Made by a program: the position numbers and the translations under genes | Shown: in pieces, positions 26,659 to 41,079 of the stretch | Layout of the letters: every line of letters begins with the position of its first letter | Position numbering within the stretch: the first letter of the stretch is position 1 | Source of the DNA: Octopus vulgaris | Lineage: Eukaryota | DNA length: 64,000 nt | Assembly: GCA_951406725.2 (NCBI GenBank) | Contig: OX597822.1 | Location: 2,976,001-3,040,000, forward strand | Direction: 5' to 3' | Notes under the pieces: generated by a model | What the model was told of the DNA's origin: nothing | What the model saw: only the letters and a program-made list of their open reading frames with translations | The model's database searches: none

Positions 26659-28950
26659 ACACATGTGCGCGTGTATGTGTGGTGTCTCGATGTATTATTT
26701 TGTGTTGTTGATCAAGGGGTAAAAACAACAAAAACATTTACTAATGGTGGGACTCGATGTATTTTAGTAGAGTAAGATTCATTGAAAATATTCCTTTGAC
26801 TTGAAATTTTACGTTTTGCCTTTGGCTATTTATTCATACTGGCATCAGCCGCTAAATGTGAAATTGATGTCCCGGTCACACGCTCGTACACAAACACACA
26901 CATACTACATGGAATTTAATGGAAAGACTAGCAACAGACTTTGACATTGGCACCGATTTTAAGTCCCGAAAAGATTTTGAAGATTCACCTATCCCCATTT
27001 CGTACTGAAATAAGATACGGTGGCTGATTATGATTGACATTTCCTCAGATTTGCAAATCCCTGCCGAAAAGATACCTAGGAAACTCTACATGGAAAAAGG
27101 ATGGATGTTAACAGATTTAAACTGCACTTGGAAATTCTTCAGTTTGGGGTGCAAAAATGGGCCTACAAAACGATCGGCTGTGCATACAAGGAAGCGTTAT
27201 AAAATCCTCTCATTTATTAAAAACAACTGCTGAAATGTCGTAGTAGTATGGTTGGTAGCACCTCATCTTGGCCATAGTTCAAACGTTGAATTAAACAAGA
27301 AAAATAATTAAACAGCAGGTTTATATAAGCATGTGTGTATGTGTGTGTGTGGTCGTACATATATTTATGCCTGTTTGTGTTTTTTAATATACTCATAGGG
27401 ATCGAAAACAGAATGCTGTTTGGTGTATTTCTTCTGGCAATTTGAAATATCAATATAGGCCCATGAACGAGGATTTCATCTTGTGATACTTCAGTTTATG
27501 CTCGAAGCACACACATGTCGATTGTGGAACACGACTGTCACTAAATAAACCTGACGATTGCGTAACCCATGAAAGTACTAGTTTATTTCAATATTGTAAA
27601 ATTGTAAAAATTGCAAATAATGAAACGTGAAAAGTCGGAGGTTTATTAATTAATACATGTACGTATATGCATGCATGTATGTATGTCGTTATACAGTTTT
27701 ATTTCAAGATTTCTTGCCAATAGAAAAAGAGCCGATTCCTGCCCTAAATCCAAGGCTCCTTCATTGGAATTTCTACATCAACGATACCGTATTTTTGTAT
27801 GTATGTATGTATGTATGTATGTATGTATGTATGTATGTATGTATGTATGTATGTATGTATGTATGCATGAAGATTTGTATGTTTTTTTTGTGTATGTCTT
27901 CTCATGCATATACTTGCATATCTAGAAAGTTATACTTGCATATCTGGAAATTTCTGGAAAGTTTTATATATTTTTACAGTTACATTGATAGTTTGAATCT
28001 GTAGCCTTCGAATCAGCTTTCTCCTTTCTGGTTTTGAGAATCCTCATTTCTCATGATTGGTATTTAGGCAGTGTGTTACATATCCCAGGGCCCCAATAAT
28101 TATATGTTTAAACCTGAACTTGTAATCTGGATTGAGTAACTACAAATTTGCCAATAGTTTAGCGCAAAGTATCCCCTTTTTCACTGATCTTCAGCTTTAT
28201 GTTAACATCCAGTGGGCAGCTGATTTCCACAACTGTACACAGTTTCTATTCTCTGTCCCAAATCATTATGTCAGGCCTGTTGAGGTTTGCACTGAGACAT
28301 TCCACCTGTACTCCTATGTATTATGAGTGGCTACTATACTGTGGGAACTTGATATGTATGTATGTAACATTTATATTTTACTTGCTTCAGTCATTAGACC
28401 TTGCTTATACTAGGGTTGCGCTCTGAAGAATTTTAGTCGAACGAATGGCCCCCGGTAATTACTTTGTTTTTAAACCTGGTACTTATTGTATCGATATCTT
28501 TAGCCGAATCGGTAAGTTATGAGAACGTAAACAAACCAACAACGGTTGTCAAGCGATGGTAGAAGACAAATACAGACACAAAGACACACATACAGTCACA
28601 CTTATATATAAACATAAATAGCTGTGTGTATGTATGTGTGTGTGTGAGAGAGAGGGAGAGAGAGAGGGGGGATCAAACGAAATGTACGTAGCGCTGGGCA
28701 TATTTTGTAGGTGAGGAATAGATTTTTAATGTCAATTTGACTCCGTTCCACATAAATAAAAGTTTCGTGGGAGCGTTGGACACGTCCATCTTTAACCATA
28801 CAAAGCTGAGTTACATTGTTTTATATATTATACACATATGTATATGTATGCATATATATGTATACATTCACATACATATCCACCCCCACCCCCCCATATA
28901 TATATACGTATAAATAGGAGGGTGTATGTGTTTCTCCGCTCTAGTTTATT

Positions 28951-29390
28951 ATCTATATATATAAAGCTGAAGTTGTCTCTGTGTGTGGCAGGTTTGATAG
29001 CCTTCAACTAACACTACGCGTATCTCCTCTGAGACCCTGCCGCGCAATATGACCAAAATTGAGAGTATGATAGAAGAAGGCTTGCTCTTCATTCCGTAGA
29101 AGAAAAAATTCAAATCGGACCATGTTAACACCAAATATTATTTACATCAAAAAGGTGCATTTTTCTATGAAAATCCCTATTTTTTACGATTTTTTTACTG
29201 CTGTGTCACCATTTTTCGGCGTATTTCAACCAGGAAAAGGTTCACTTCAAGAGAATAACAAACTACATAATGCAACATTTTTATTTTTCAAAAAAGATTA
29301 AAACTATGCCAAAACTTCGTTAACGCGACATCAAAGTCTGCCGTTTTAAGCGCAACTAAAAAACAAATCCAAGCAACACCCGGCTATAGT
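28951..29390 (+). mobile_element. Non-autonomous Helitron-like element
   Basis: 5' a-TCTATATATATAAAG...tgtgtgtg start; degenerate 3' gcaacacccggctatagt end. Confidence 0.55.
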
Positions 29391-29592
29391 AATACTATAA
29401 TGTTGAATTCATTTAGTGGACCAGTGACACGAATGCATTTTAGGCCGTGTATTTGTATTCGAAAATATATAAATAATTATCTCTTATGTCACACGTAGAT
29501 ATGATGTACACACACTCGTATGTACGCATGTGTATCAATAAAATTGTATATAAACATGAGCATTTAACTATTCAATATTTCAACTATTGAAT

Positions 29593-29887
29593 CCAAATCC
29601 AAAATGCAAATATATGGGAAACTACCACCTGTGTCATCTCTTGTGAAAGGTAGGAGAGACCAGTTTGCTGGACATTGCTGTAGAGCTGAAAACGAGGCAA
29701 TTTCTCCTCTTCTCCTCTGGAAGCCATCTACTCGCGATACCAGAGGGCGCACACTCTCCTACCCTGATGTAATCTCCAGGGATACAGGCATCCAGCAAAA
29801 GGACCTCTGTAATGCCATGATGGACCGTGAAGTCTGGCGTAGCATGGTAAATTCCATTGTCTCGACCACGGTCGAACAATGATGATG
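29593..29887 (+). mobile_element. 5'-truncated RTE-type LINE 3' end, second copy
   Basis: Near-identical to 19100-19387; (TGA)n tail; candidate TSD attgaat at 29586-29592/29888-29894. Confidence 0.85.
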
Positions 29888-30879
29888 ATTGAATATGTCA
29901 AGGTGTAATGTTTAGGTATTTCCCAAGTGTATGAACACTGAATGCAAAGGAAATGGTTTCATCTTAGAAATTGCAACCAAACAGCTATGACCACTTCCTA
30001 GGGCATTCATTAAACGGGTTTAAAAAATAGGACAATATTCTTACCAATATATGCGAAAGGTTCTGTGTGAAAACATATTATTTATACTAGGGACGTCGTG
30101 AAATAAAAGAGGCCGGCACAAAAAATAGGTCAGTATGATCCCAAGAACTGGTTAGCGTGAAGACAAAGAGCAATGATATGATTCTCAAAAACAAAATGTA
30201 TTATATACGACTGTGTGGTTTCCATCCGCTTGGATTCTGGTTCAGTCCCATTGTACGGCACCTTGGGCAAGTGTTTTTTTTTTTTAATATTACCTGGGCT
30301 GACCAGTACTTTGTGAGTGAATTTGGTAGAGGTATGTGTGTAGAAGACTGTCGAATATATGTACGTGTATTTGTCAGTATTTGAGCTCTATATATACAGA
30401 TATTTGTATATATGAATACATATAAATAAATACATACATACATGCATACCTCCTGCCTGCCTCCATACATACATACATACATACATACACACATACATAC
30501 ATACATACATACATACATACATACATACATACATACATACATACATACATAAATATGTGTGCTCGCGCACGCGCGTGTTTAAGTTTAGTCAGTTCGTTCG
30601 ACTAAAACTTTCCAAGGTGGTTCCCCAGCATGACCACAGTGACTGAGACATGGGAAAATATACAAGAATAAAGGAAATTTTACAATCACCGCCATCGTAA
30701 CAGTATTACGTTACTCTGCTAGTAATACTACGGCCATCACAGTCGCAGCTCCATCGGTGACCATCACGTCTGTAAGCACAACCACTGTTACTACTACTGC
30801 TTCTGGTACCATACGTACGCCGATTCTCATGATGAATAAAATAAGCTCCACCAGATGGCAGCAAACAAAATCATTACCA

Positions 30880-31687
30880 GCCGCACTTCTGGCTCAGAGT
30901 TCAGATTCAGCCGAAGTCGACTTTGCCTTTTCTTCTGACGGGGTTGATAAAATAAGTAACAGTTGAGAACTGCGGGGCGATGTAATCGTCTAGCCCCTCA
31001 TCCCCAAATCATTGTACCTATTATAGAAAGGATTGCTATTAATGGCGTTGGGGTGACAGAATCGTTAGCGCGTCGGACAAAGTGCTTAGCGGTATTTTTT
31101 TCAGTTCTTTTCGTTATAAGTTCAAATACTGCCGTGATCGACTTTACCTTTCATCCTTTCAGGATTGATAAAATCATATACCAGTTACGCACTGGGGTCG
31201 ATATAATCGACTTAATCCGTTTGTCTGTCCTTGATTGTCCTCTCTGTGTTTAGCCCCTTGTGGGTAGTAAGGAAATGAGTATTTCGCCTGCCGCTACGTT
31301 CTGAGTTCAAATTCCGCCGCGGTCGACTTTGCCATTCATCTTTTCGGGGTCGATAAATTAAGTTACGCAGTGGGGTCGATGTAATCCACTTAATCCGTTT
31401 GTCTGTCCTTGTTTGTCCCCTCTGTGTTTAGCCCCTTATGGGTAGTAAAGAAATAGGTATTTCTTTAAAAGGCGGCGAGCTGGCAGAAACGTCAGCACGC
31501 CGGGCGAAATACTTGGCGGTATTTCGTCTGCCGTTACGTTGTGAGTTCAAATTCCGCCGAGGTCGACTTTGCCTTTCATCCTTTCATGGTGTCGATAAAT
31601 TAAGTACCAGTTACGCACTGGAGTCGATGATATCGACTAAACCCACCCCACCTGCACAAATTCCAGGCCTTGTGCCTATAAGTAGAA

Positions 31688-31690
<3 letters not shown>
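30880..31690 (+). mobile_element. Head-to-tail array of ~4-5 SINE family B units
   Basis: Repeated gtcgactttgcctttcatcctttc...gataaa...cactggggtcgat blocks near 30915, 31135, 31320 and 31560. Confidence 0.85.
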
Positions 31691-31763
<73 letters not shown>

Positions 31764-31959
31764 ATGTAGAAGTAAACGGCATACGGCTAAAGGCTTGTAA
31801 TATACTTCAGTGCCAACATCAACATCACCACCATCACCACCATCATCATTATTGATACCTATTAGCAAATGCAACATACGTCACACACGCCTTCGCCAAC
31901 ACCGCCACCACAAATTCAGTAACTCCGCCATCACCACCACCACCACCACCACCACCACC

Positions 31960-31993
<34 letters not shown>

Positions 31994-32342
31994 TCATCAT
32001 CATGAGCATCACCACTATTTAGGCCAACAAACAACGCTGCTTTCACTTACACAGTTGTTTTGGTAATAACATCAACAACGATTACAACAGCAAAACACTT
32101 ACGCCCCCTCCCCATCACGCCCCCCGCCTCTCTTTGTTTGTTTTTTTGTGGTTTTTGTTTTGCTCTGTTTTGCTGCTTTAACGGCATTTCTGACATACAA
32201 TGGCGGTATTTGTTGGCGAGTGTATATTAGCGAGTGTATATTATACTTTTAACGACTCTCAGCGGAACGAAACGGATTAACATTAAACGTACGTCCTTCA
32301 TAATCACCAACAACAGAAAACAACGACGCTAACAACAGTTAA

Positions 32343-32383
<41 letters not shown>

Positions 32384-32408
32384 TCGCCTGCATTTTCACC
32401 CCTCCCCT

Positions 32409-32446
<38 letters not shown>

Positions 32447-32500
32447 GCTACTACAACTACTACTACCACCACCACTACTAGTACTATTATCACAACCGCC

Positions 32501-32531
<31 letters not shown>

Positions 32532-32656
32532 ATGGTAGTAGTAGTAGTAGTAAGTGTTAACGATTCCGCCGGCTCGCTGCCCTAGAGAATATAAAATAAC
32601 ATTGGTTTCAAATTTTTGCACAAGGCCAGCAAGTTCAGCGGGTTCGGGGTAAGTGG

Positions 32657-32688
<32 letters not shown>

Positions 32689-32703
32689 CACCACTACCAC
32701 CAT

Positions 32704-32738
<35 letters not shown>

Positions 32739-33399
32739 GTCTCAGCACTATCATATCTAAAAGCTACTACGACTTGTAACCACCGTTGTTACTACAACTG
32801 TTGGCACTAATAGAGCAGTGTATTTTGTGTTATCCTTTAGCTTCTTCCTTGTTTTTAGCCATTGGACTGCGGCCATGCTGGAGCAACCGCCTGAAGGCAT
32901 TTTAATCGAACAAATCGACCCCGCTGCTCATTTTATAAGTCTAGCCCTTATTGTATTGGTAACTTGGAAGTTATAGGGACATGAATAAACCAACATTGGG
33001 TTAGGGTTAGAAAAAACACATCGACCCTAGTGCTTGATTTGGTCTTTATTTTATCGACCACGAAAAGATGAAAGGCAAAGTCGACTTCAGTGGAATTTGA
33101 ACTCAGAATGTAAAGACCGGCGAAATGCCGCTAAGCATTTCGTTCGGTGTGTTAACGGTTCTGCCAGGTCGCTGCCCTGAAGAATATAAAATAACATTGG
33201 TTTTAAATTTTTGCACAAAGCCAGCAAGCTCGGCAGGTTTGTGGGTAAGTCGATTACATGTACCTCAGTATCCCAAAAGATGGAAGGCAAAGTCGATTCA
33301 GAATGTAAAGACGGACACGAAATACTGCAAACGAATCTTTCAGCTCGCTGCCCTAACGAATATCGAAATATATTACTTCGATTACTTAGATAAGTTTCG

Positions 33400-33960
33400 G
33401 CCGAAGTTGACTCAGGCCATGTCTAATTTAATAGCACCACCTGGAAGAGATACACAGTCATTCGAGCTGAGAGTTATTGTTTTCAGAGACATGTCCAGGT
33501 GTGGGTGGTTTGTCTGGTAATTCGTTGGAGGTAATCATCTAGGGACCGTTTGAATGCCGTGAAATCACTTCCTCCTTTATGTGGTCTGGCACGATGTTGA
33601 AGAGAGCAGGACCAGTTGAGGTGAAATAGTTCTGTCGTAGTGTTGTGATGCAACACCAACATGACTTCTGTAGAGAACGGATCGCACGGGGGCCAAGCCT
33701 CGGATGAATTTTAAAGTCGATACCCACATCATACAGATTATATAGCGCTCACGATCCCAATAGTCAAGGCATGTCATGTCATCTATTTCTTTTTTGTGTG
33801 TGACTGATCTCTGGGGAACTTCAATTTTCATCATATTCTGTATCGCGTTTACCACAGCGGTCAACAGTAGGAAAAAGTAGGATAAGTCTTGAGGATCCAT
33901 GTCAACTTTCCTGTTTATGTGAGCGCTCCAGCTAATTTTATCGTCTGAATAACATCGGCA
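33400..33960 (-). mobile_element. Decayed CR1-like LINE 3' fragment
   Basis: Frameshifted ORFs give LDYWD/RERYII, GIDFKIHPRLG and GPALFNIVPDHIKE, motifs of CR1-group ORF2 C-termini. Confidence 0.65.
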
Positions 33961-34261
33961 TGGTTTGAAATCAGAAAATTTAAGCACCTTAGGTAAATTA
34001 GCCAAACATTATACATCAAATTATCAGTGAAATTTTAAACTTCGACGATTACGAACTTTTCGCCATACACGATTTCTTGCAAATCTCTTCACGGATGATA
34101 CCAGACATTATATATATCTGAAGGGGATTTCCTTTATCGGTACTTGGGCTGCTGCTGCTGCTGAAGGCCAGATATTGAGTTATAACCTCCAACAATAACA
34201 TTTGGAATTACTTCAATAGAATATACTTTTTTGAATATTTCTTTGCATTATCGTTTGCATC

Positions 34262-34402
<141 letters not shown>

Positions 34403-34731
34403 GGCCAGCTGTTACAATTCCGGCCTCTTTTCAGAAGAGAGGTGAGTTGAAACATCTGGTTATGTTGAAATATGCAAGTGACACACAGTTCGTTTACTTT
34501 GTAATATTGATTTCCTTAGCGTTGCGAATTCGTGATCACCGGATCGAAATCTATATAAACACAAACGCACGCGCATATTTGCATACATTTGTGCATATAT
34601 ATATTTGTATGGTTATATAACCTATTTATATGCACATATCTATAATTGTGTGTGTGTATGTATATATATATACACACATATATCTGTGTGTGTTCATATG
34701 TATATATATATATATATATACACACGCACAC

Positions 34732-34770
<39 letters not shown>

Positions 34771-35169
34771 GACAAGTACGTACACAAGGTCCCCTTGTCT
34801 CCTTCGCTATTGGTATTTGCTTCCTGTTTATGAAGCTAGGTAGATTAACGCTAATTGGTAGATTACGACTAATGTAGGTCAACTGAGGTGAAGTTAGGTG
34901 GGATCAGGTGAGGTCAGACGAGGTCAGGTGATACAGTTCATATTAGATTCTTTAAGATTAGGTACGAGTACATTATAAATGTGAATATGCGCGCGCGCGT
35001 ATGTGTTTGTGTGCGTGCGCCTGTGTGCACGTGTGTGTGTGTGTGTGCGTGTGTGTGTGTGTGTTATATTTTATGGTTGTGATGTTCGTAGTTGTTTTCC
35101 TGTCGGGCGGATTTTGGATTAACAGAGATGCTGCTGTTAGTAATGTAGGCGACGAACGCTATCCCCGCT

Positions 35170-35246
<77 letters not shown>

Positions 35247-35321
35247 TGTTGTTGCTGTTGTTGTAGTAGTAGTTACTTTTGTTATCGTTGATGGGGCTGC
35301 TAAAGATAGTATATATATATG

Positions 35322-35378
<57 letters not shown>

Positions 35379-35465
35379 GTATGCATGTAGATATTTTGTA
35401 TATATATGTATATATATTTATTTATATACTTATATATATATATGTATATATATATACGTGTGTGA

Positions 35466-35502
<37 letters not shown>

Positions 35503-35623
35503 AGAGAGAGAGAGAGAGAGAGAGATTCGTTTTTGTGCGTCCGTATGTGATTTGTACATATATATACATATATGCGTGTGTATGTATGTGTGTATGTGTG
35601 TTTATGTGTGTATGTATGTATGC

Positions 35624-35711
<88 letters not shown>

Positions 35712-36479
35712 GTTTCTAGCGTGGTAGGCTTAAGTTAGTCTTAGGCATTTAGAAACTCACAAAACTTTAACTTCACTTAAACATTTACAAGGAGAATAGT
35801 GTCAAAATTTCCGTCGCTGTGCACCGAAACATAGGTATGATATACCCAGGTCGCAGAATGTGTAGTTCTACTTATCTTTGTTAATACGCATGTATTTATG
35901 AACATATGTATGAATGTAGGTATATTTGTATGTATACAAGTATGTATACAAGTATGCATGGAGGTGTTTTTGACTTTCTATGAGTCCTATTTTGGTTCTC
36001 CGAAGGATTCAAGCCGTTCTCAAAAACTGTGACAAAGCTTTAGGGATACGTCAATGCCTGAGTTAATGTTGTCAAAAATACACACACACACAGGCGTACA
36101 CACAAGAGCTTATACAGGTATTTGTGTAAATATACTCACGTTCATGTAAAGGGTGCGCATATCTTAAGAACACGAGTGTGTGCGATTACTTTATGTCATA
36201 CGTTATATGGTTATTTATTATGTGTATAAAATGTTCATTCATCGTAGCTCAAATGAAGAATCCTTGGAATATTTTACACATCTTCCCTGTACCATAAATC
36301 GATTGAAACCAGTGGATTCTGGTCTGTTTGCGTTTTATCTGTTTTTGAAAATAAACACTAGTAGAAGACTTTTACGCTAACGTGTTGTTACATAACCCAC
36401 TCCGCCTCTAATAATTAAGAAGCGCAATGGGAAATTATAGGGTTTAGAAAGGAGCTAAATACGCTGACCATGGTGTTTT

Positions 36480-36800
36480 CTCCACCGCACAAGTTTAGAA
36501 GGAACATCATGTATCTATTGTTCAGCTGACCTCTATCACAGCAAATGGACGTTCTTCTCTGTTCCACAGAACAATACCAGGTGTATCGGTCTTGCCCAGG
36601 TTTGATGTTTTATTAAACTGTTTCACCAGTGTTCTTTATTTTTGAGGGCGTGGGTACATTCTGGTTTTTAAGCGTCTTTGATATCACCATCAGATCGAGC
36701 CATCTTGCGGATAATACCGTGAATAGATTTGGCAACGGCTTATAGTGAATGTGATAATTCACTTACTGGTACGGCACAATCGACATTTTCTCTCAGATAA
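36480..36800 (-). mobile_element. Highly decayed RLE-type LINE fragment
   Basis: Minus strand reads ..NREERPFAVIEVS.. and ..RYYP.., resembling the PD-(D/E) endonuclease region; many frameshifts. Confidence 0.35.
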
Positions 36801-38514
36801 TTGAGGTTTAGAGATAATCTTATGAGATTCATCAAATATTTAATAGCTGTCTCCAGTTCTTGAACTATGAAGGTGTATGATCTCTGCAAGATGTGTTGTA
36901 TTTATCACACCTCTTGTCACTGTTTTTGATCTCTTCTCGCTTGGTCGTATATAATAAGCTTTTGCTCATATGATGATTGTTTCTCTCACGTTTCTGTATA
37001 TGTAAGTCAACTTGTCCTGTAGTTGTAAGCCAACTAATCTGATCTATTCAAAAGTAAGGGTGATATGGATTATATACAGACTCACGATATCCTTTGGGGA
37101 ATTCTTCATCTATTCCAATATAGAACTGTACTCCCAAGATGTTATTATTTTCAGTGATGTAGTCATTTTGACACAGGGCGTTCAAGCTGAAGACAGAGAA
37201 GGCTGCACCCCCTCCAACTGCGACCCATTTTTACCTGAGTTGACGGGATGAATGAGAAATGAAGTATTTTACTTGAAGACACAAAGCGCTGCTTAGTCCA
37301 AAAATTGAGCCCCTAGCTTTATGATCATAAGCCAAATACTCTAACGAGTAGGCCACGCCCGTTCACAAAGCTTTTGATGGGAAATATTTTATATGACGGT
37401 TTAACCGTCATACTTTTGGATTTTTCAAACTGATCACTTTAATCTTGGAGACTAAATGGTTCTAAAAACTAATTAATTTATCTTAAGCAATCACTGTTAG
37501 GTTGCATATAATGACGTCTTTAATTTTGGAATTATAATTTAATATTCTCGTCTGACACCTCTTCGATCTATTACACAAGATGTTACTTTGGTGAACAGGT
37601 TGCAATTGAAGAGGGATATAGCTATGTGATTAAGGACTTCGCTACATAATTATCGGGTCTCGGGTTCGATCTCTCTGTACAGCACCTTGAGTAAATGTAT
37701 CTTTTTACCATAGTTTCGGGTTGGTTAATGTTTTCTCAGTGAAACTTGACGAACGGGAACTATCCCAAAACACGTTCGATTCCACAGTGCGATATTTTAG
37801 GAAAGTGTAGTGTATCATTTTCTATAGCCTTCCATTTCTCTATATCCTGTGTGTAAAATTCGTTAAAGGGAAATTGAATAGAAGCCCATTCGGGTGGACT
37901 ATAAGTGTATTTTAAAGGTCCATCTTTGTCACATAGAGTCACGTCGTCTACGCCTGTGAATTACATTCAGGGTACGCGTGACTGTGGAATACCCAGCCAC
38001 TTATGTTAATTCAGGGAGCTTCGTAGTTTACTCGTTCAAACATGATCAAAAAATTTGCCCGCGATTTATTTCTTATAATTTGTATTTAAAATAATCTTTT
38101 TTTGTAAAGGCAGAAGGCTTGAGATTTTTGGGAAAGGGACTAGTCAATTACAGCAACACCAGTACTCTACTAGTATTATTTTATCGACCCCGTAAGGATG
38201 AAAAGAAAAATCGGCCTCGGTGGAATTTGAACTCAGAACGTAAAATTTATTTTAAAAATATTAATCCTTTCTACTATAGACACAAGACTTTGGGGGGAGG
38301 GGGACAGTCGATTACCTTGACTCTAGTACTCAACTCGTACTTATTTCATCGATACTTGTGAGGGACAAAACAAAAAGTCAGCCTCAGCAGAACTTAATCT
38401 CAGAAAGTAAAATTTGTATTTAAAATATTAATGAATCAATTTTGTGTACTAAAATTCAATTTTTGGTCTGTTTAAACATATTTCTTTATATTTTGTTTTT
38501 TTCCTTTTTTACAG

Positions 38515-38580
38515 GCACAGTACCTGGGAACCAGAGGAAAATATTTTGGATCCTTTACTAATTAAATCTTTCGAAAAAAG
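38515..38580 (+). CDS. CBX: Internal exon of a Polycomb-class chromobox gene (C-terminal half of chromodomain)
   Basis: Polypyrimidine tract + ttacag acceptor before 38515 and gtgagt donor at 38581. 66 bp, phase 2-2, reads (g)HSTWEPEENILDPLLIKSFEK(ag), matching the Pc/CBX2-4-6-7-8 chromodomain motif S/TWEPEENILD. Exon size and phase resemble exon 3 of vertebrate Pc-class CBX genes. Not in the ORF track. Paralogue cannot be assigned. Confidence 0.9.
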
Positions 38581-39427
38581 GTGAGTAAATGTTGTTTCTT
38601 TTGTGCTTCATCGTGAATGATTGCTCGTGACAGTTTTGATAGAATTACAAAGATATACATTTGAGGATGGAAATCTCCGTACGGCTTTTGATGTTTTGCT
38701 CAGGTATAAGATCATAGGTATTTACACTCAATCTAACGAGTTAACGTCGATGACACAAAAATATATCGATGGCAATCAAAACTGAAGCAGAAACCGCTTG
38801 TACATTTTAGAATGAGCTACACCATTTCTGTCGGAAGTGAGGTGGGCAGATGAAAATAATATGAAATTTAAAGCATCGGAATTTCAGAATCATAAATGTT
38901 AAGTGTATAGGCAGAATATGAATTATTTGACGTTTTAAAATAAAGCAATTTAAATCTTTAATGCAATATGGGACTTAGAAATTGTTATAGTAAATGCTGA
39001 ATCATTCACTAGGCATTGTACGAAACTAACCTCTGATTGTAGGAATTTCTCAGGAGGGACCTTGCGTACACTTGTCGCAAAAAAATATTTGTTATGTTGA
39101 TTTATGGACAATCATACTTTTGAGTATATTGGATAGCGATCCACCGAACATACCCGGTCTTTTAAAAAGAGAAAAAAAGAGGGTTAAAGAGAATGTATTG
39201 TAATAACATGATTAATTAAAAAACTTCAGTTACTAGGAACGTCTTAGAGTTTACATCTTTATCCGCTTGGACATTACCGAGAGATAGAATGCTATTTATA
39301 TTCTTTTATACGTATCAGCGCAAAGGCCGTGCCCTTGCTGGGGCACTGCCAGTGTAAAAAGATCGAACAGGCGGCTACGAAGAATCGAAATCCGTACCTC
39401 ACGGATACCGTCGGAGTAGTCTGTACC

Positions 39428-39677
39428 TATTTCTTTACTACCCACGAGGGGCTAAACACAGAGGGGATAAACAAGGACAGACAAACGGATTAAGTCGATT
39501 ACATCGACCCCCAGTGCATAACTGGTACTTAATTTATCGACCCCGAAACGATGAAAGGCAAAGTCGACCTCGGCGGAATTTGAACTCAGAACGTAGCGGC
39601 AGACGAAATACGGCTACGCATTTCGCCCGGCGTGCTAACGTTTCTGCCAGCTCGCCGCCTTTTCCGCCAGCTCGCCG
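39428..39677 (-). mobile_element. Full-length SINE family B with 16-bp TSD
   Basis: Reverse-complement match to 17786-18019; TSD cggagtagtct(g/c)tacc at 39412-39427 and 39678-39693. Confidence 0.9.
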
Positions 39678-40176
39678 CGGAGTAGTCTCTACCATTAAGC
39701 TAAGCAGCCCATGATATGGAAGTACTTTGAAGGTCATGTCCCACATTTTGGCACTAAGAGAAACTTAAATGCACAAACTGGTAAATACTACCGGCTTCCA
39801 CATACACCCATTTTATTGTAACCATCAGATATTTAGAGGTCCTCAAGTGCCCAGCTGCTTATTTAAAGAAATCAGAAATATTCAGGGAATGTTGAACAAA
39901 CTCCTAACAAGAATATTTTATCACAACAATACAACTATACCATGAAAAGAAGCTACAAATTCAATTATTCACCAACTTTCAGTAAAACGAATTCAAAACA
40001 GTTGATCTCCACCACCCAAGAGAAACTGGAACTGTGCCCCAGCATGGTCTTAGTCCAGAATAAAAATAACAGGAATACCACAAACATATGAGCATGAATA
40101 TATATTTTTCAATAACAGTTTGACTCAGCTCCAAATCAACTTAATGTTTCGTGGGTGCGTAGTACAAACCCATTTC

Positions 40177-40248
<72 letters not shown>

Positions 40249-40359
40249 CTCTCAAATGAGTGGACAAATGGCTAAGGATAAGCATAAATTTATGCTTTGA
40301 AATTTTAAGTATCACGGAATTTGGATCAAACTATTTCGATTCACATACATACATACTTA

Positions 40360-40429
<70 letters not shown>

Positions 40430-40433
<4 letters not shown>

Positions 40434-40615
40434 GGCAAATCGAAAATTGAAAGTTAGAAAACAACAAAATTCAAAAGATGTACACATGAAATACATTTGG
40501 TTGACGCTCAGTATAAGATGGGGAAAAGAGTTGATGTAGAAACGTTTCGACCATGACTCTTCATCAGAAAGATGGCAGAAGAAAGGCCCGAAGAAAAAAA
40601 ATCCAAGGAAAGCAC
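40430..40615 (-). mobile_element. (TA)n-adjacent short element with degenerate hammerhead motif
   Basis: Minus strand 40539-40570 reads cttt CTGATGA A GAGTCATGGTC GAAAC GTTTC; same layout as 22400-22580. Confidence 0.55.
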
Positions 40616-40621
40616 ACACAT

Positions 40622-40657
<36 letters not shown>

Positions 40658-40957
40658 GTAAATGTAAAAAAAATACAAACTGGGACAAGAACGTGAAACA
40701 TTTAGAAGACGATACAATAAACACGGACGAGACACTCGAAGCCTTCAATCTTCAGTCAAGAACCGGATCATCTTCGCAATTTCCGCTGATTAATCTTGAG
40801 ATTGCTCCGATCTGGCCAGCCCCAAAGGAAAATCTAAGCGAAGCGCATTAGATTCCTTGGAAGAAAGCCTCGGATGTATACAAAACAAGGACGGAAAAAC
40901 GGACGATGTTACACGAATAAGAATACAAAAATACGTAAAAACAATAATGATAACACG

Positions 40958-41079
<122 letters not shown>

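Noticed and set aside
27030-27233. MEKGWM ORF as the missing chromodomain exon (KWKGW)
   Set aside because: Lacks the YLVKW context and suitable splice sites.
30880-31690. Regularly repeated units suggestive of a CRISPR array
   Set aside because: Eukaryotic SINE multimers of ~185-230 bp with no unique spacers and no cas genes.
32998-33010. TTAGGG repeats as an interstitial telomere
   Set aside because: Only about two units.
39740-39980. Possible CR1-like 3' remnant (also ~27990-28320 on the minus strand)
   Set aside because: Too decayed to support by eye; not listed as a feature.
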